Of a stretch of 64,000 nucleotides of DNA, positions 1 through 12,590 are shown in pieces. The stretch lies in assembly GCA_020137815.1 (NCBI GenBank), contig CM035360.1:5580001-5644000 (forward strand), read 5' to 3'. The DNA comes from Hormiphora californensis. Taxonomy: Eukaryota > Animalia > Ctenophora. The first letter of the stretch is position 1, and each line of letters starts with the position of its first letter. The notes beneath the pieces are model-generated. The model made no database searches, was not told where the DNA came from, and saw only the letters and a program-made list of their open reading frames with translations. Both the position numbers and the translations under genes were made by a program.

Positions 1-130
1 GATTATGGCCGATATAATATGCGATGAGGATAATTTTCCCCGGCATACCGGGCAAAACCCTTTCCCTGAGTATTCTGGTAAATCGGGGTTGGATTTCTCG
101 AGAATCAGATGCAGCTTATAACTTTTTATA

Positions 131-1232
131 CCGCGCGGCCCAAAAAAAACTAAGGGTACGTCGGCCTTCTTTTCTCCTAGAAATTTAATTTCAATCACTC
201 TGATATTTTGGCATAATATTTGTATGGTTACTCATTCGAGGAATCCAGAGTTTCAGCTCTCTGGATGAAAATTCATTTTTTTCGCCCGAATGAACATTCG
301 ATGAACGCCAAAACGGGACCATATTTTGGTACCAAAGTTTTACAAATTTGTTTGGCTATCGATTTTCTTTCGAACGCGACCAGTTTGAGCTTAATTGGAT
401 CATCACAAGAATCACAGTGTCCAGTTTACCAAGCCTAGGTTGGGTCATGTGATCCCCATCAAATTATGACGTGTTAGGAAGAGAACTTACATTCTAACGG
501 ACGCTGTATCGGTATACCGTCCTAATTAGCAGATGTGATACGTGATACGCGACCGTTACACCTGCTTATTGGCACTTATTAATGACGCTAGCGGTTCAAT
601 AGGGGTCACTTGACCAGACCTAGTGTCGGAAAAGTGGCCACTGTGTCTGTTGCGGTGGTCCAATTGAGCTAAAATTAGTCGCGTTTGAAAGGAAATCGTT
701 ACCCAAAGGCGATTGTGAAATTCCGGTTTGGAATATTTTTCTTGTTTTCAAGTTCATTTAGGATTCATTCCAGTCGTAAAAATGAATTTTTAGATAGAGA
801 GCCGAAATTCTGGCTAACATCAATATCGATCAAGTGTAATGGCCGTACGAATTTTTAGCGCCTGAATTTACCAATTTCTTGTCAAAACGGGTTAAAATCG
901 ATGTTTGGTAAAAATGACCGTTTTTTAATCATTTATTTCACCAACTAAACTTGATCCATTTTTAATAAAAACTCGGATTGCCATTTATTATAGTTTACTC
1001 TAATGCATGGTTGCTATTTTTAAGAATAAAATTTAATTTAACCATGAGAAAACGTGGAAAAACCCGAAAAACGAAAAAATGGGTTCATTCATGAACTTCA
1101 CACTTTTATGTTTTGAAACTCCGGATTCCTCGAATGAGTAACCATACAAATATTGTGACAAAATATCAGAGTGATCGAAATTCTGGGAGAAAAGAAGGCC
1201 AACGTACCCTTAGTTTTTTTTGGGCCGCGCGG
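131..1232. mobile_element. Non-autonomous TIR DNA transposon (MITE-like), TA-flanked, ~120-bp imperfect TIRs
   Basis: The left end TA|CCGCGCGGCCCAAAAAAAACTAAGGGTACG is mirrored by the right end CGTACCCTTAGTTTTTTTTGGGCCGCGCGG|TA. There is no long ORF. A partial copy lies at 49123-49322. Confidence 0.85.
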
Positions 1233-1297
1233 TATGTTACAATTGTTTGTCCATTTCGAACATATTTAATCACTTATAAATGTATGTTTTATTTCAG

Positions 1298-4200
1298 TTT
1301 GCGACGCAGTTCTTTATCAAAAACCCAAAAGGAACGCTTTTCAAGTTCTCCAAGAACGAGAAGTACCTTGCCGTGATCGAACGTAGCGAGTGTAACGATT
1401 GGCTTGCTATATTTGAGACCAAAACGTGGAAGCTAACGAACCACTTCAAGTTACCCACTATTGACGCGGCTGGGTTTGAATGGTGCCCCTCATCCTCCCG
1501 GATGTGTGTATGGGATCACGCTTTTGAACACAGGCTTTATGTGTACTATCTGGATGGTACACTGTCTTTCACACATGAGGTAGACCGAATAGCAATCTTA
1601 GAATCCTAACTACCTGCTTTCTGGGTTAGTTAATCAATCAAACCTGTTTCCTAGGTAACCAAACCTGTTTCTTAGGTAACCAAACCTGTTTCCTAGGTAA
1701 CCAAACCTGTTTCCTAGGTAACCAAACCTGTTTCCTAGGTAACCGAACCTGTTTCCTAGGTAACCGAACCTGTATCCTAGGTAACCAAACCTGTTTCCTA
1801 GGTTACCAACCCGATAGTTATGGGCCTCCAGGTGGTCTCATGGTCTCCTTGTGGCCAGTACCTAGCATTAGGTACCCACACCCACACCGCCTATCTTGTT
1901 AACACCTCCAACGGAAAGGTCAGTAAATGGGTAAATTCATTGTTGAATTTGGTGGATTATGATTTGGGGTATTGAAGTTGGGATGTGTTGGAATTGACGA
2001 GGTTGATGAGGTAATAAAGTGAAATGGGGGAGTTTTGTGAGAAACAAGGCGAGCCACTCTTACTTTAAATCCTTATTAGTCATTTGGCTCCATGAACTTT
2101 GTTTTCCACGTATCCATGTGAGACCAACAAAGACAAACGTTTTTGTTTTTAATTTTTATTATTACTAACAATATTATTAATTTCGTCTGATGTCACCGGT
2201 ATAAAAAGTCCTCCAAATATGGTCTTAGCCAAGACCATATATGGTATTAACTGCTCTCTTGTGGGGTTCCCTCTGCAAACTTGTCTGCCTCGAAGGTAAC
2301 CTCGCACATTTCGCTGCACTCCTCCATTTTGTAGCTGCTCTTTTGTATGCAGTAGCTACGGTCGTTGTTGTAAAGTTTGCCTGTTGTCATGTCAACGCAA
2401 CAGCAGAAAACCAGCAGATGCCTAGGAGCAGTCCTGGTCTCATCGGGCAGCACTCTGGATTGGACATTCTGGAAGTAGTCAGTGCCCTCCACGCAAGTAG
2501 AAGAAAAAAAGCCATTATATGCAGCGAATTGTCGAAGTGCGCCTGCTGATCGGGCGTAAGTCCATTCTTTGGCCTCGGGGCATGTTAGACCACTGGGGAA
2601 GGTCATGCACTTTCCGAAAGAAAACCTGTCCAGAGAGGATGTCGTGGAAATCTTAAAGGTCCTCGCCTTGTGGGATCCGTATTTGGTGCGAACTTGGATG
2701 GGTCTCGTTGTTCTTCCGTTTTTGACCGTTTCGGTTCCGGTCTGAAGAGCGTTTCCATTGAAAATCCAGTTCATGTGGAAAGGTTGTGAAACTTTGAACC
2801 ACAGATCCCAGGTGCCTTCTGTACAACTAACAGAACCTGAAATAGACATTTGGTTAGAAGGATAATATAACGGCTAGGCTGCTTGATGTCAGATTAGTGG
2901 TTACCAATAGACATATGAATCATATATAAATGTAGAAAAATGATCTTGCGAGAGTGCTCTACCCAGTCGGAGAGCTTGTTACTAAGAGAAAGAGCAAGTT
3001 CCCTTTTTGAAAACTTGCTCCTTCTCTTTGTATACAAATGCATGTACATCCTTCTAAACCATAAGCACAAAAGTATTAGGTACCGAGTTGTAACGGTGGG
3101 ATGGTATATACCTGATTGGAAGACTGCTTTTCCCGTTTCTTCCGTTATGTACGATGTCCAGGTGGCTGCTGAGCAGTCAATAGACACAGAGTATACTAGA
3201 TTGCCCTCCTCTGTATAGTATCCGGCTGAGGACGATGTGTTAGATTTATATCAGCCAGTTCATCAAGTGTTAATTAATTTAAAAATCTCAGTTCCCCCTG
3301 CATCAGAAGATATGATATTTATTTATTCTACGCCCCTAAAGTATATCCTCCCATCTTACCTTCAACGGTTGCACTGTCCACGTTGTCAGCTGTGAAATTC
3401 CCATAAATCTGGAAACTGAGGCCTCGGGTTTTCCAATAATCAAGATTGTCAGGTGCAACATCCAAAGTGTAACTGTAATCCTGGACCCCGTCCAAGGCAG
3501 TATCAACCTCACAATTCAGGGCCGCAGTAAGCGGGATGAGAGCGACAACAAACAAAAACTTCATGATGGAATTGTGAGTTGTGAGAGGTAGTGTCAGGTT
3601 TTATATAATAGTAGGACCCCGCCTCACGGGATGGTGTGCGGGGTGGAGGTGGAGTTTGTTAATTGGGAGGAGCGATCTAACATTTCATGATGAGCTGTGA
3701 GAATTTCCCAGCAGGAGCAGCAGTTTAATTGTTATGCAACAGTCCATGAGGTGGTCACAATGGTTCATCCTGGTGAAAAGGGTCGTCCTGGGGCGGCGGA
3801 TAATGTCCCATCCACCCTCTTCAGATAATTGTAGCTGCTTTTATTAATGCGGCAGTTTTAAACAGAGTCGGTAATTTGATGATAAAAGGAGCGGACGAAG
3901 ATTAAACACAAGAAAATGTTTTAAGCTTATCATTTCCACATCGGGGTGTGGTAGTGAAGAGAGGGGATGATATAATGGTTTAAACTAACAACAATTTAAT
4001 TGCCCATGTTGGTCCCAGCAGCTGCTTTAACAACAGTTTAATTACCCAGGTTGGTACCGAGTTTAAGATCCCTGAAAGTGTCTCGGGCACAGCAGTCCAA
4101 TATTATCGCGAACAAAGAGGTATCTTGGTGGGAAGCACCATTTCAGAGAAACTACAAGCACAGCCCGAACACAAATTCGAGGTTAGTATTCATCCTTATG

Positions 4201-7200
4201 ATTGTTAGAAATCATAAGTTATATTGCCCATCTTATATTGCCCAGTCTAGAGTCTCTCTGTGTTTCAAAAAAAACAGAGACTATATTTTGTGTCTTGTTT
4301 ATACCATCATCTACTAGGTGGTCAGCGATGAAATTATCAATCTTAAGTTCGATGAGATTGCTGTAGAAAAGAAGAAGAAATCGAGTAATACAACTGCCAA
4401 ACCTGGAAAGGAGAGGCGCCCCAAACGTGTAGGTGTTTTTTACAAAACTTTGTTTGGATTTTGTTGTGTCCCTCTGTGGTGTCACAATATTGTACAAGAT
4501 GTTGCGTAGGGCGCGGTGACACGGCAGCGAGTTGTGTCGCGCCCAACAACCCGCGCAGTTGATTTGCGGATTTGAATTGAGGGGAATCAAGACTTTGAAT
4601 CGAGTTCGACAGCCTAACTGTGAAAATCTGATTTTTGCGGATGAATCAATGGTCAAGTATGATCAGAATCAAGTGACAGATAAAGTACTCATTAAATGAT
4701 ACCAAACATTACTTCCACAACCCCTTCCCCCTAGTACGGTATATCTTCTATCAAGTGGTCGCATGATAGCTCACACATTGCTGTAATGGATGCTAGCCTT
4801 CCTCTAATTGTGACCATCTGGAATATCCCGACCCAAAGTAAGTACTTCACCAAAACAAAATCTTTGGGTCATGACTAGGCTCCATTAAAATGATAATATC
4901 TCATCGAAAAATAGGTCAAAATGGTTCCAACAAAAAACAGTGTTGTAGAGAATTGTCAGGTGAACATTTTGGATGCAAGATTGACGCTCCAAGTCTTCCC
5001 AATTGTCAGATATATCTTCAAAAATAGGTGATTATGAAATCCTACTAAACCAGGATTTACGTTTGGAAAAATTCACAAATGCAAAATTGCTCGGATCACA
5101 TAACATCCCTTATAAGAGTTTTAGAAAATTGTCTGGCGGTCATTGTGGTACCATTTTTTGTCCTAGCTCAATCTTTAAAAGTGTCACTTCTCATCCTTCG
5201 GGCACAACAGAGTCCTATCTCCGAGTTGTTTAACAACAACCAGCAGTAAAGCAGCCCCAGCTATACCTGCCATGACTGAAAAACTAGCAGGGTATGAAGT
5301 GAAATGTAGAACTCCCCCTCCAATAATTGGGCCGAGGAAAGCTCCTCCATAAAACCCAGCATTGTACACCCCTGCCATTCGCTCCGTTCGTAGCTGGTGG
5401 TTTGGGTGGTGATCGTGGGACACTAGCAGGGGTAACACAGAAACCTGGACCATAGCACTGGCTGCCTCTAGTACACCAAACACCACTGAACACCACAGAT
5501 ATGGAACTGATATGGTAATCCCTACTGTCCTTAAATCAATGAACAATGCCGATGTGACAAGGAGTGCAAGACCGAAATACGATAGTTATCAGGTTTAGGG
5601 AAGCCAATATCAATCAGAAGTCCAGTTACCGCGGTAAGGAGGGAGTACACCGCTCCTGTTACCATCATGACTGTTCCAGTCAGAGACTCGGGCTTGCCAG
5701 TAGTTTAACTTTAGGTACACAGAGAGAAATGAAGATATGTACCCCTTCCACACCACCTATAGCCGACATAACACACAGTCCCAGTATGATAACGTTTACA
5801 TTCAGCAGGCGGTGAGATCTAGGTTCCCTCTTCTTGTTCACTATCACCAATATCATAAAGCAGCTTCTCCTCCTCCTCCTGATCCTGCACAACTAACTTG
5901 TTCTTCGTGGGGTTGAGCTTCAATACCAGGGCAAAAATAAGAGCCGCAAAACTGACAATACCCCCAAGAATTGCCATTGAGAATGCGTATCCCCCCGTGT
6001 TATAAAGATACCCTCCTATAAGGGGACCCACTGCCAGAGCCCCACTGAAAGATAACTCAAAGAGAGATGTCACCATTCCTAGTTTATCAGGGTAGAGCTG
6101 ACTCATGAAGGCGACCACCTTGGGCTCTACAATCGCATTCACAGCCCCCTGTACAATCCGGGAAACTACCACAGCTCCAAGGAATTCACTTGGAGTCAGG
6201 GGCAAGTAGAAGATGGTGGTTGTGGTGAGGATGACGGGAATGGATAAAACCAGGGCTTTAGGTGTTGAAAACTTTGTGAAATTGTCAACAAATAACGAGG
6301 TTAGGCACCCTGAGAGAGGAAAGAGACCTGCAACAATTCCTCCCACGGTAGTGGAATGGTTTTGTTTTAGTGTCAGCTCAGATGACAAGAATGGCAGGGG
6401 TAGGGTGTAGAACATGTTCAGGATACATATCATTGACACTGCCAACATCAGAAAAATAGGCTGTGGCAACTTCATCTGAAAATTAATATAGCTTCTTGAG
6501 TAAGGAGTGGGAGACTCAACAAAATATAGCAGATTAGAAAGAGAGTCGGAGCAAGGCAAGGAACACTATAAAATGATAAATGATAATAATAATATGGGGG
6601 TTTGCTATTATACCGCCCAGGCAGAACAGGGCCAGAGCAGACAAGCTGGCTCTGACAATGATCCACATCAGAGCGGTATGCCTCAAACACAGGATCGGAA
6701 TAAACATTCCCAAAATACACACGGTTCATGCATTATATCCAGAAAAACTGATGATGGATACTGGTAAAAGTAACAGACTATGGAAAAAAGAAAAAATCAA
6801 AGATACAAAGAAGCCAACAGCCCTAACTCTGCTACTACAGCAGCTCAACACAGTAGTCAGAAGCTAGATAAAATGGCGTACAACGTGCTTGTTCTGCTTG
6901 CTATTATAGCAGACTTAACAATAATTGATATTATTCTGTAGAAAGAAACAGCCGACAGGTATTCCGGCGACCTCTGTAATTAGTAATAATGAATCTGATA
7001 TTATTCTGTCTACAATTGTCATACATATTGTTGCAAATAAATGTAATGTGCGGCTATAAATTGAGGCTAATATATGAATATCTAACACGTAGAGGTAGGA
7101 CAAAAAGATTTACAAGCATGTTGCATTATAATGCTGCGTTTCTCTTCCCCAATTTTTTGGGTTTTGTTACGTGCAAATCAGTTTAGTAGCCGAGTTATAC

Positions 7201-10200
7201 CCACATTTTATTCATAAATTCCCCACAATCGGTTACAAGTTGTAATACAACCCCGTTGTTAGGTTATCTTTATTTTATAGGGCTGTTTATCTATAAATTG
7301 ATCAAATTGATTTAACATGCGAGTTTAATGGATGCTATGGTAACCAACTCCGTTGCTATGGAAACATTGATATAATTCTGTCACAAACTGAATTCACAGA
7401 ATTGACTGTCGACTTTACAGCAAGAAAATACGTATTTTATCGCAAATTCGCTGGTTGCTATGGTTGGTATGAAAATTTTAAAATGAATCTTAGAGGATTC
7501 CAATCAAGCTCCTATAAATAAGGGCAACTCGGAGTAGATTGGATACAATTTGGATACAATATTGTACACAAAGAAAACGGATGATCGCGGAGGATCTTGT
7601 CAGACACTGACTGTACAGTGTACATAGCGCACCCCGGTGCGAAGAGGACGGTCTTATATATGAGACAAGGAGGATCAATATTTTCAAAGATCCTCTCCAC
7701 CTCTCTCCATCTCTGTCTAGTGTCTATCCCTCTCTACCTCTCTTTCCCCGTTGTCATGAAACCTCGTTAGGACAGGGAATATTATCCTAACTAACACATT
7801 ATAATATGCGAAGGCGGACGAAAATCGAAATACCGGAAATCGAAATACCGGAAATACTGTAAAAGTTGATGTTTCCGCGGATATTTTCGCGGATTCATGA
7901 TTTTTGACATATTTCACGGTGAGAATTTTCGCGGATCTCTCTCTGATTTTGAAGAAGTTCTCTAAACTGCTGTTTAAAAACAGTAACAAGAATTATTGCA
8001 TTATGTATTCATAATGCGGTGTTTCCCTGCCCCAGATGGGTGTAAAATTGATGACTAAGCTTCAAAACTGGATTTCCCGATGAATTTTGCACTCAAAGAC
8101 CAATTTTTGGCTGATACGATGTTAGTTGCTATGGTATCCAGGGTGGTTGCTATGGTATTCAAAGCAGTTGCTATGGTTACCAAGGCAGTTGCTATGATAA
8201 CCAAGACAGTTACTTAGGAGACCCTAGTCGGTTACCAAGTGCTTCAACTTTATTACCCTCATCTTAAGGGTACGCTAACCAAAAATTTTTTTCGAGTGCA
8301 GGGAAATCTCTCACCGTAGGGTTGTAGGCCATGCCAAGGAGACCTCAAATATGCAATTTGAGCTCTCAAGTCGAATTCATATTTTTGCTACAGCTGCTTG
8401 AAAAATGAACTGAAAATAAGTTTTTGGCATCTCAAAAATTTTTTTTCAAAGATAGGAGCATGAAAATTTGGGGATTTGAAGAGGACATGAAGGTGAATAA
8501 CCACAAAAATTTTTTTTGCAATCCGAGCTGATTTCCGGTCCTGAGATGGATTTCTTTTTTTCCACTTTAACGCCCTATTTGGCAAAGTTCCGAAAACATG
8601 TGAAAGCTGTAAATTGGTGAAAAGTTGCGTCTAACGATTATCTAAGTGGCCATAAATTTTGGGCGTGTCCTTATTTGAGATAAGCTGTACGGAGTTTTTT
8701 TTGTGAAAGCCGTCATTTCAGAAATAAATAAATTCCCTGTATCTCAAAAACGGCTGATCGTAGAGACCTGAGACTATGCTTAGACGATTCAGAAGGTCCG
8801 ATTTTGGGGGGGTCTTCTGAGAGACATTTTGCTCCTACTTCAACCGTTTTTGCTGTAATTGCGAAAAACAAATTCTATGAAAAGGGCAAAAGCTAAACTC
8901 CAATATCCTGTAATTAGGGAATTTTAGCTAAGAAAGGACCGAAACTATGGAAAAATGTTTAACAAGCTAATTCCTTCACTATTTGGTCCATATGGGTCCC
9001 TATAATCATCAAAAACAAAATCACAAAAAATCCACGATGGCGAAGATGGGTTATTGTTTTTCGCAATTACAGCAAAAACGGTTGAAGTAGGAGCAAAATG
9101 TCTCTCAGAAGACCCCCCCAAAATCGGACCTTCTGAATCGTTTAAGCATAGTCTCAGGTCTCTACGATCAGCCGTTTTTGAGATACAGGGAATTTATTTA
9201 TTTCTGAAATGACGGCTTTCACAAAAAAAACTCCGTACAGCTTATCTCAAATAAGGACACGCCCAAAATTTATGGCCACTTAGATAATCGTTAGACGCAA
9301 CTTTTCACCAATTTACAGCTTTCACATGTTTTCGGAACTTTGCCAAATAGGGCGTTAAAGTGGAAAAAAAGAAATCCATCTCAGGACCGGAAATCAGCTC
9401 GGATTGCAAAAAAATTTTTTGTGGTTATTCACCTTCATGTCCTCTTCAAATCCCCAAATTTTCATGCTCCTATCTTTGAAAAAAAATTTTTGAGATGCCA
9501 AAAACTTATTTTCAGGACATTTTTTAAACAGCTGTAGCAAAAATATGAATTCGACTTAAGGGCTAAAATTGCATATTTGAGGTCTCCTTGGTATGGCCTA
9601 CAACCCTACGGTGAGAGATTTCCCTGCACTCGAAAAAAATTTTTGGTTAGCGTACCCTTAACTCCAGTCACTTACAATTACATATTGTGTGATAGTAGTT
9701 TCATGCTTAGAAGACTTGCTACCACGTCATGGTAGGGTACCCAAAGTGATTTCAGGTGAAAGTAGGACGTGTTATGAGTGAGTAATTGCGCGCCACAATG
9801 CATGTTAATCATTTCCTTTGTTGCATCAACAAAGTGTGAGCTGAAAGTTTTATGAAGGAGCAGACTTTGTTACTATGCGTAACGGTGGACGGACAGACGG
9901 ACGGACATTTAGTTAACTCCACGATCTGCTGATTTCTAAACCCTGAATGATCTTTTTAGCACGTGCGTGCTAAAAATATCATCCCGGGTGAATGCCCTTC
10001 GGGCATTCACCCGGGCAGGGAAAAAATATGACGTCATCAGTAGTTACCAGAAATTGACGTCTTGGATTTTGATACTAGCTGAGAGGGGAACACTAGATTA
10101 GTGGGCATGAAAAATTTCAGGTCGATCGGAGTTATGGGCGAGGAGTGGTTTTGGCGGTTGAAAGTGGGTTTTCTGATGATGACGTCATCAAGGATTATCA

Positions 10201-11075
10201 AATTAGGTCAACGCGGGGGGTCGAGACCGGGTGCGTTTGATCGAGATTGATGAGCTGATCAAAAGTCTGTAGGGGTAGATCAATCCCCCAACTAGGATCC
10301 GATTTTATTAGCGTTTTTTCGATTTTTGATGACGTGCACCCAAAATGTTCACCTGACAATTTTCTACAAAACCGTTGTTTGTTCTAACCATTTTGTCCTG
10401 TTTTCGATAAGATATGATCAATTTAATGGAGCCCAGTCATTTAACCCAAAATCGCAGATCACGCAAAGACAGTGGGACACCCTGTAGTTAATTCCAATTT
10501 TAGGTTTAACTGCGGTACTGGAACTCACAAGCGCAGTAAAGACATTCAATTGGCACCCTTCTCTACTTCGTCTTATCCTCGCCTCAGGAGGTATGTTGCA
10601 CTTTTTATGACTTTATCTTTATGGGTGATTTAAATATGATTCCTCCTTTATGAGTGATTTAAATATGATTCCCCCTCCCTCTCTACATGTTTATTGTTTA
10701 GGGTTGGCAAGATTGTTTATCGTGCTGTTCTATTATTTATTTCCTGATAATATCCCTCAGATAGTAGTCTGTGTATGTGGGAGGCTGATGGAAGCTGGAT
10801 AATACAGTTACCCACACAGTGCTCTGTCAATGTAAGTGATACAGCTGTACCCCCCTAGGTACTCCTAGTTACTTCCAGTGCAGTAATCTCTAACACATAT
10901 AATAGGCTAAACAGGTTTCTTGTGTGAGGGTGAACTTGTCTGTGTCTCAACATTATTCTTCCATGTCTCTAACCCCCGTTCACCTTGTCAGGTCCTGGGA
11001 ACTTGTTGGTCTAGCGATGGTACCGCCATAACCCTCTCATCCAAAGAAAACTACTGTATCGGCTACCTGGAGTGA
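1298..11075 (+). CDS. WRAP73: WD repeat protein WRAP73/WDR8, 5' part outside window; exons 1298-1579, 1802-1918, 4050-4181, 4318-4428, 4735-4837, 10504-10590, 10761-10831, 10992-11075
   Basis: Phase-compatible GT-AG exons give KFSKNEKYLAVIER..DAAGFEWCP..CVWD, GLQVVSWSPCGQYLALG, YGISSIKWSHDSSHIAV, LTAVLELTSAVKTFNWHP and VLGTCWSSDGTAITLSSKENYCIGYLE*. These are colinear with the WRAP73 C-terminal half as I recall it. Confidence 0.85.
1639..1803 (+). repeat. 21-bp minisatellite, 8 copies (AACCAAACCTGTTTCCTAGGT), spanning a WRAP73 splice acceptor
   Basis: Directly visible tandem array. The last copy supplies the in-frame acceptor (TAG 1799-1801). Confidence 0.95.
2247..3564 (-). CDS. Nested antisense secreted Cys-rich protein (~300 aa); exons 3564-3360, 3225-3112, 2836-2247
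   Basis: It begins with the signal peptide MKFLFVVALIPLTAALNC. Two phase-1 GT-AG introns join three open exons. TATATAA lies ~40 bp upstream (3601-3607). No family recognised. Confidence 0.75.
5184..6475 (-). CDS. Nested antisense MFS transporter (SLC18B1-like), intronless CDS with several frameshifts (assembly error or pseudogene)
   Basis: Hydrophobic helices with MFS motifs SRIVQGAVNA, GALAVGPLIGGYLYNTGGY and GAFLGPIIGGGVL. Removing single extra bases at ~5560-5830 restores GYISSFLSVYLKLNYGKPESLTGTVMMVTGAVYSLL. TTTTCAG lies directly before the ATG. Confidence 0.8.
8125..8224 (+). repeat. Degenerate 21-bp minisatellite (~5 copies) with GTTGCTATGGTWAC core
   Basis: GTTGCTATGGTATC, GTTGCTATGGTATT, GTTGCTATGGTTAC, GTTGCTATGATAAC and GTTACTTAGGAGAC recur at 21-bp spacing. 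Confidence 0.8.
8268..9657. mobile_element. Non-autonomous foldback DNA transposon, TTAA TSD, ~600-bp TIRs (Kolobok-like termini)
   Basis: Ends are TTAA|GGGTACGCTAACC and GGTTAGCGTACCC|TTAA. Arms 8268-8870 and 9055-9657 flank a ~185-bp spacer. RR..YY termini with a TTAA TSD fit Kolobok rather than piggyBac. Confidence 0.9.
10335..10484 (-). mobile_element. Tc1/mariner-like TIR end (TA|CAGGGTGTCCCA on minus strand); diverged inverted partner at 4856-4977
   Basis: It ends GGGACACCCTG|TA. Positions 10335-10452 are the diverged reverse complement of 4856-4977. Confidence 0.6.
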
Positions 11076-11499
11076 GGTAATTTTCTCTTCAGAGTTCAAT
11101 CTTCATTAATTGCTTACAGGTTCTCGTTTTTTGTATAACTCTGGGACCTGGATGCTTCATAATTCCTTGCCTTGCTCGGTCCCCCTCTCTCTCTCTCTCT
11201 CTCGGCGCCCCGGTTTTGAGCAAAACAAATGATTTCTTACTAAGTACACCGGATAGTTATAGGATTTCTAACTTACTTGTTTCAATTTGATTTCCTTATG
11301 CATGTTGTTGGTTGGTTGGTTGTTTGGTTGGTTGGTGATACTAAGCCGACGTTCTACCAAGCTCTTTGAGCGGTGTGACGCGGTGACTCCCAAACTGATT
11401 ATCCCAATCACTTGCGGTGAAAGAGAACCAAATGGGCCCCTGGCTTGGTTAGCCTTGCCATGCATGTTTGTATAGTGGAAAAAATTTAATTTAGACGTT

Positions 11500-11606
11500 T
11501 CAAATTGGATTCATAAATTCAGGGGATAACAAACAAATTCAAATACCCCCCCCCTTTTTTTTTCCCCCCCCCCCCCCTTTTTTTTTTTTTGGGGGGGGGG
11601 GGGGGG

Positions 11607-11643
<37 letters not shown>

Positions 11644-12590
11644 TTTTAAAAAAGAAAAAAAAGTAAAAAAGGGGGCCTTTTTCAAAAAAACAAAACCCTT
11701 TTTGGGACAACGTTTAAAAAAACATTAAGGAAGGGGGGGGCGGGCCCCGGGGGAAAAAAAGAAGGGGGGGGGCCCCCGGGGGAAGGGAGAATTTTTCCCC
11801 CCGGTCGTAAAATTGGAAGTTTTAAAACAGGGGGTTTTTAAAAAAAAAAATTTTTCCCAACGGGGAAGGGGGTAAACCTTTCGAAGGACGGGGGGGGGGG
11901 AAAATTTTTTGGGGTTTAACCCCAAAAAAAATTTTTATCCCCTCCCTTCCCAAAAAAGGAAAAAACCCCCCCTTTTTAAAAAACCGGGAAAAGGGGGGGA
12001 TAGGAAAGGGGAAAAAATTAAAAAGGGGGGGAAGGGGGAAGGAAAGGGGAAAAGCAAAAAAAATTGGGGGGTGGGGAGGGAACCCCCTTTTTTTTAAAAA
12101 AAAAAAAAAAAAAATTAAAGCCGAAAAAAAAAAAACCTGATTGGAAAAAAAAAACCGAGAAAAACCAGGGCCGGGAAAAAAAAAAAAAAGGGCCCAAAAA
12201 CGGGGGGGGGGGGAAAAAACCAAAAAAAAAAAAAAAGGGGGGGGAAAAAAAGGGGGGAGGAGAAAAAAAAAAAAAAAGGGTTTTTGGGAAAAGGGGGGGC
12301 CAGGGACAAAAGGGGGGGGGTAGGATACAAAGGGGGTTTATCCAATCACCCCCCGGAGGGGGCTTGGGCTTAAAAAAAATTTTTTTTGCCCATCCAAAAA
12401 AAGGGCTTTTTTTGTTTTTTTTTTCCCCCTTTTTAACCCTTTAAAATTTTTTTGGTTTTAAATACTTTTTTTAAAATTTTTTTACTTTAAATTTTTTACC
12501 CCCCTTTTTTGGGTTTTCCCCCTTTTTTTAAAACCAAAATTTTTAAAAAAAAAAAAATTAAAAACCCAATTAAAAAAAAAAAAGGGGTTC
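11500..12590. other. Low-quality homopolymer-inflated sequence (sequencing/assembly artefact)
   Basis: Composed almost entirely of A/C/G/T runs. The ORFs are poly-K/G/F/P. It truncates the 3' end of the neighbouring gene. Confidence 0.85.

Noticed and set aside
6507-6940. Possible small + strand ORF ending in a hydrophobic tail (KMAYNVLVLLAIIADLTIIDIIL*) and a hydrophobic minus ORF at 6534-6722
   Set aside because: No continuous frame or recognisable motif could be built.
8388-9537. Repeated 65-aa ORF MPNRALKWKK.. (also at 45265)
   Set aside because: It recurs only because it lies in the foldback arms. It has a TTG start and no transposase features.
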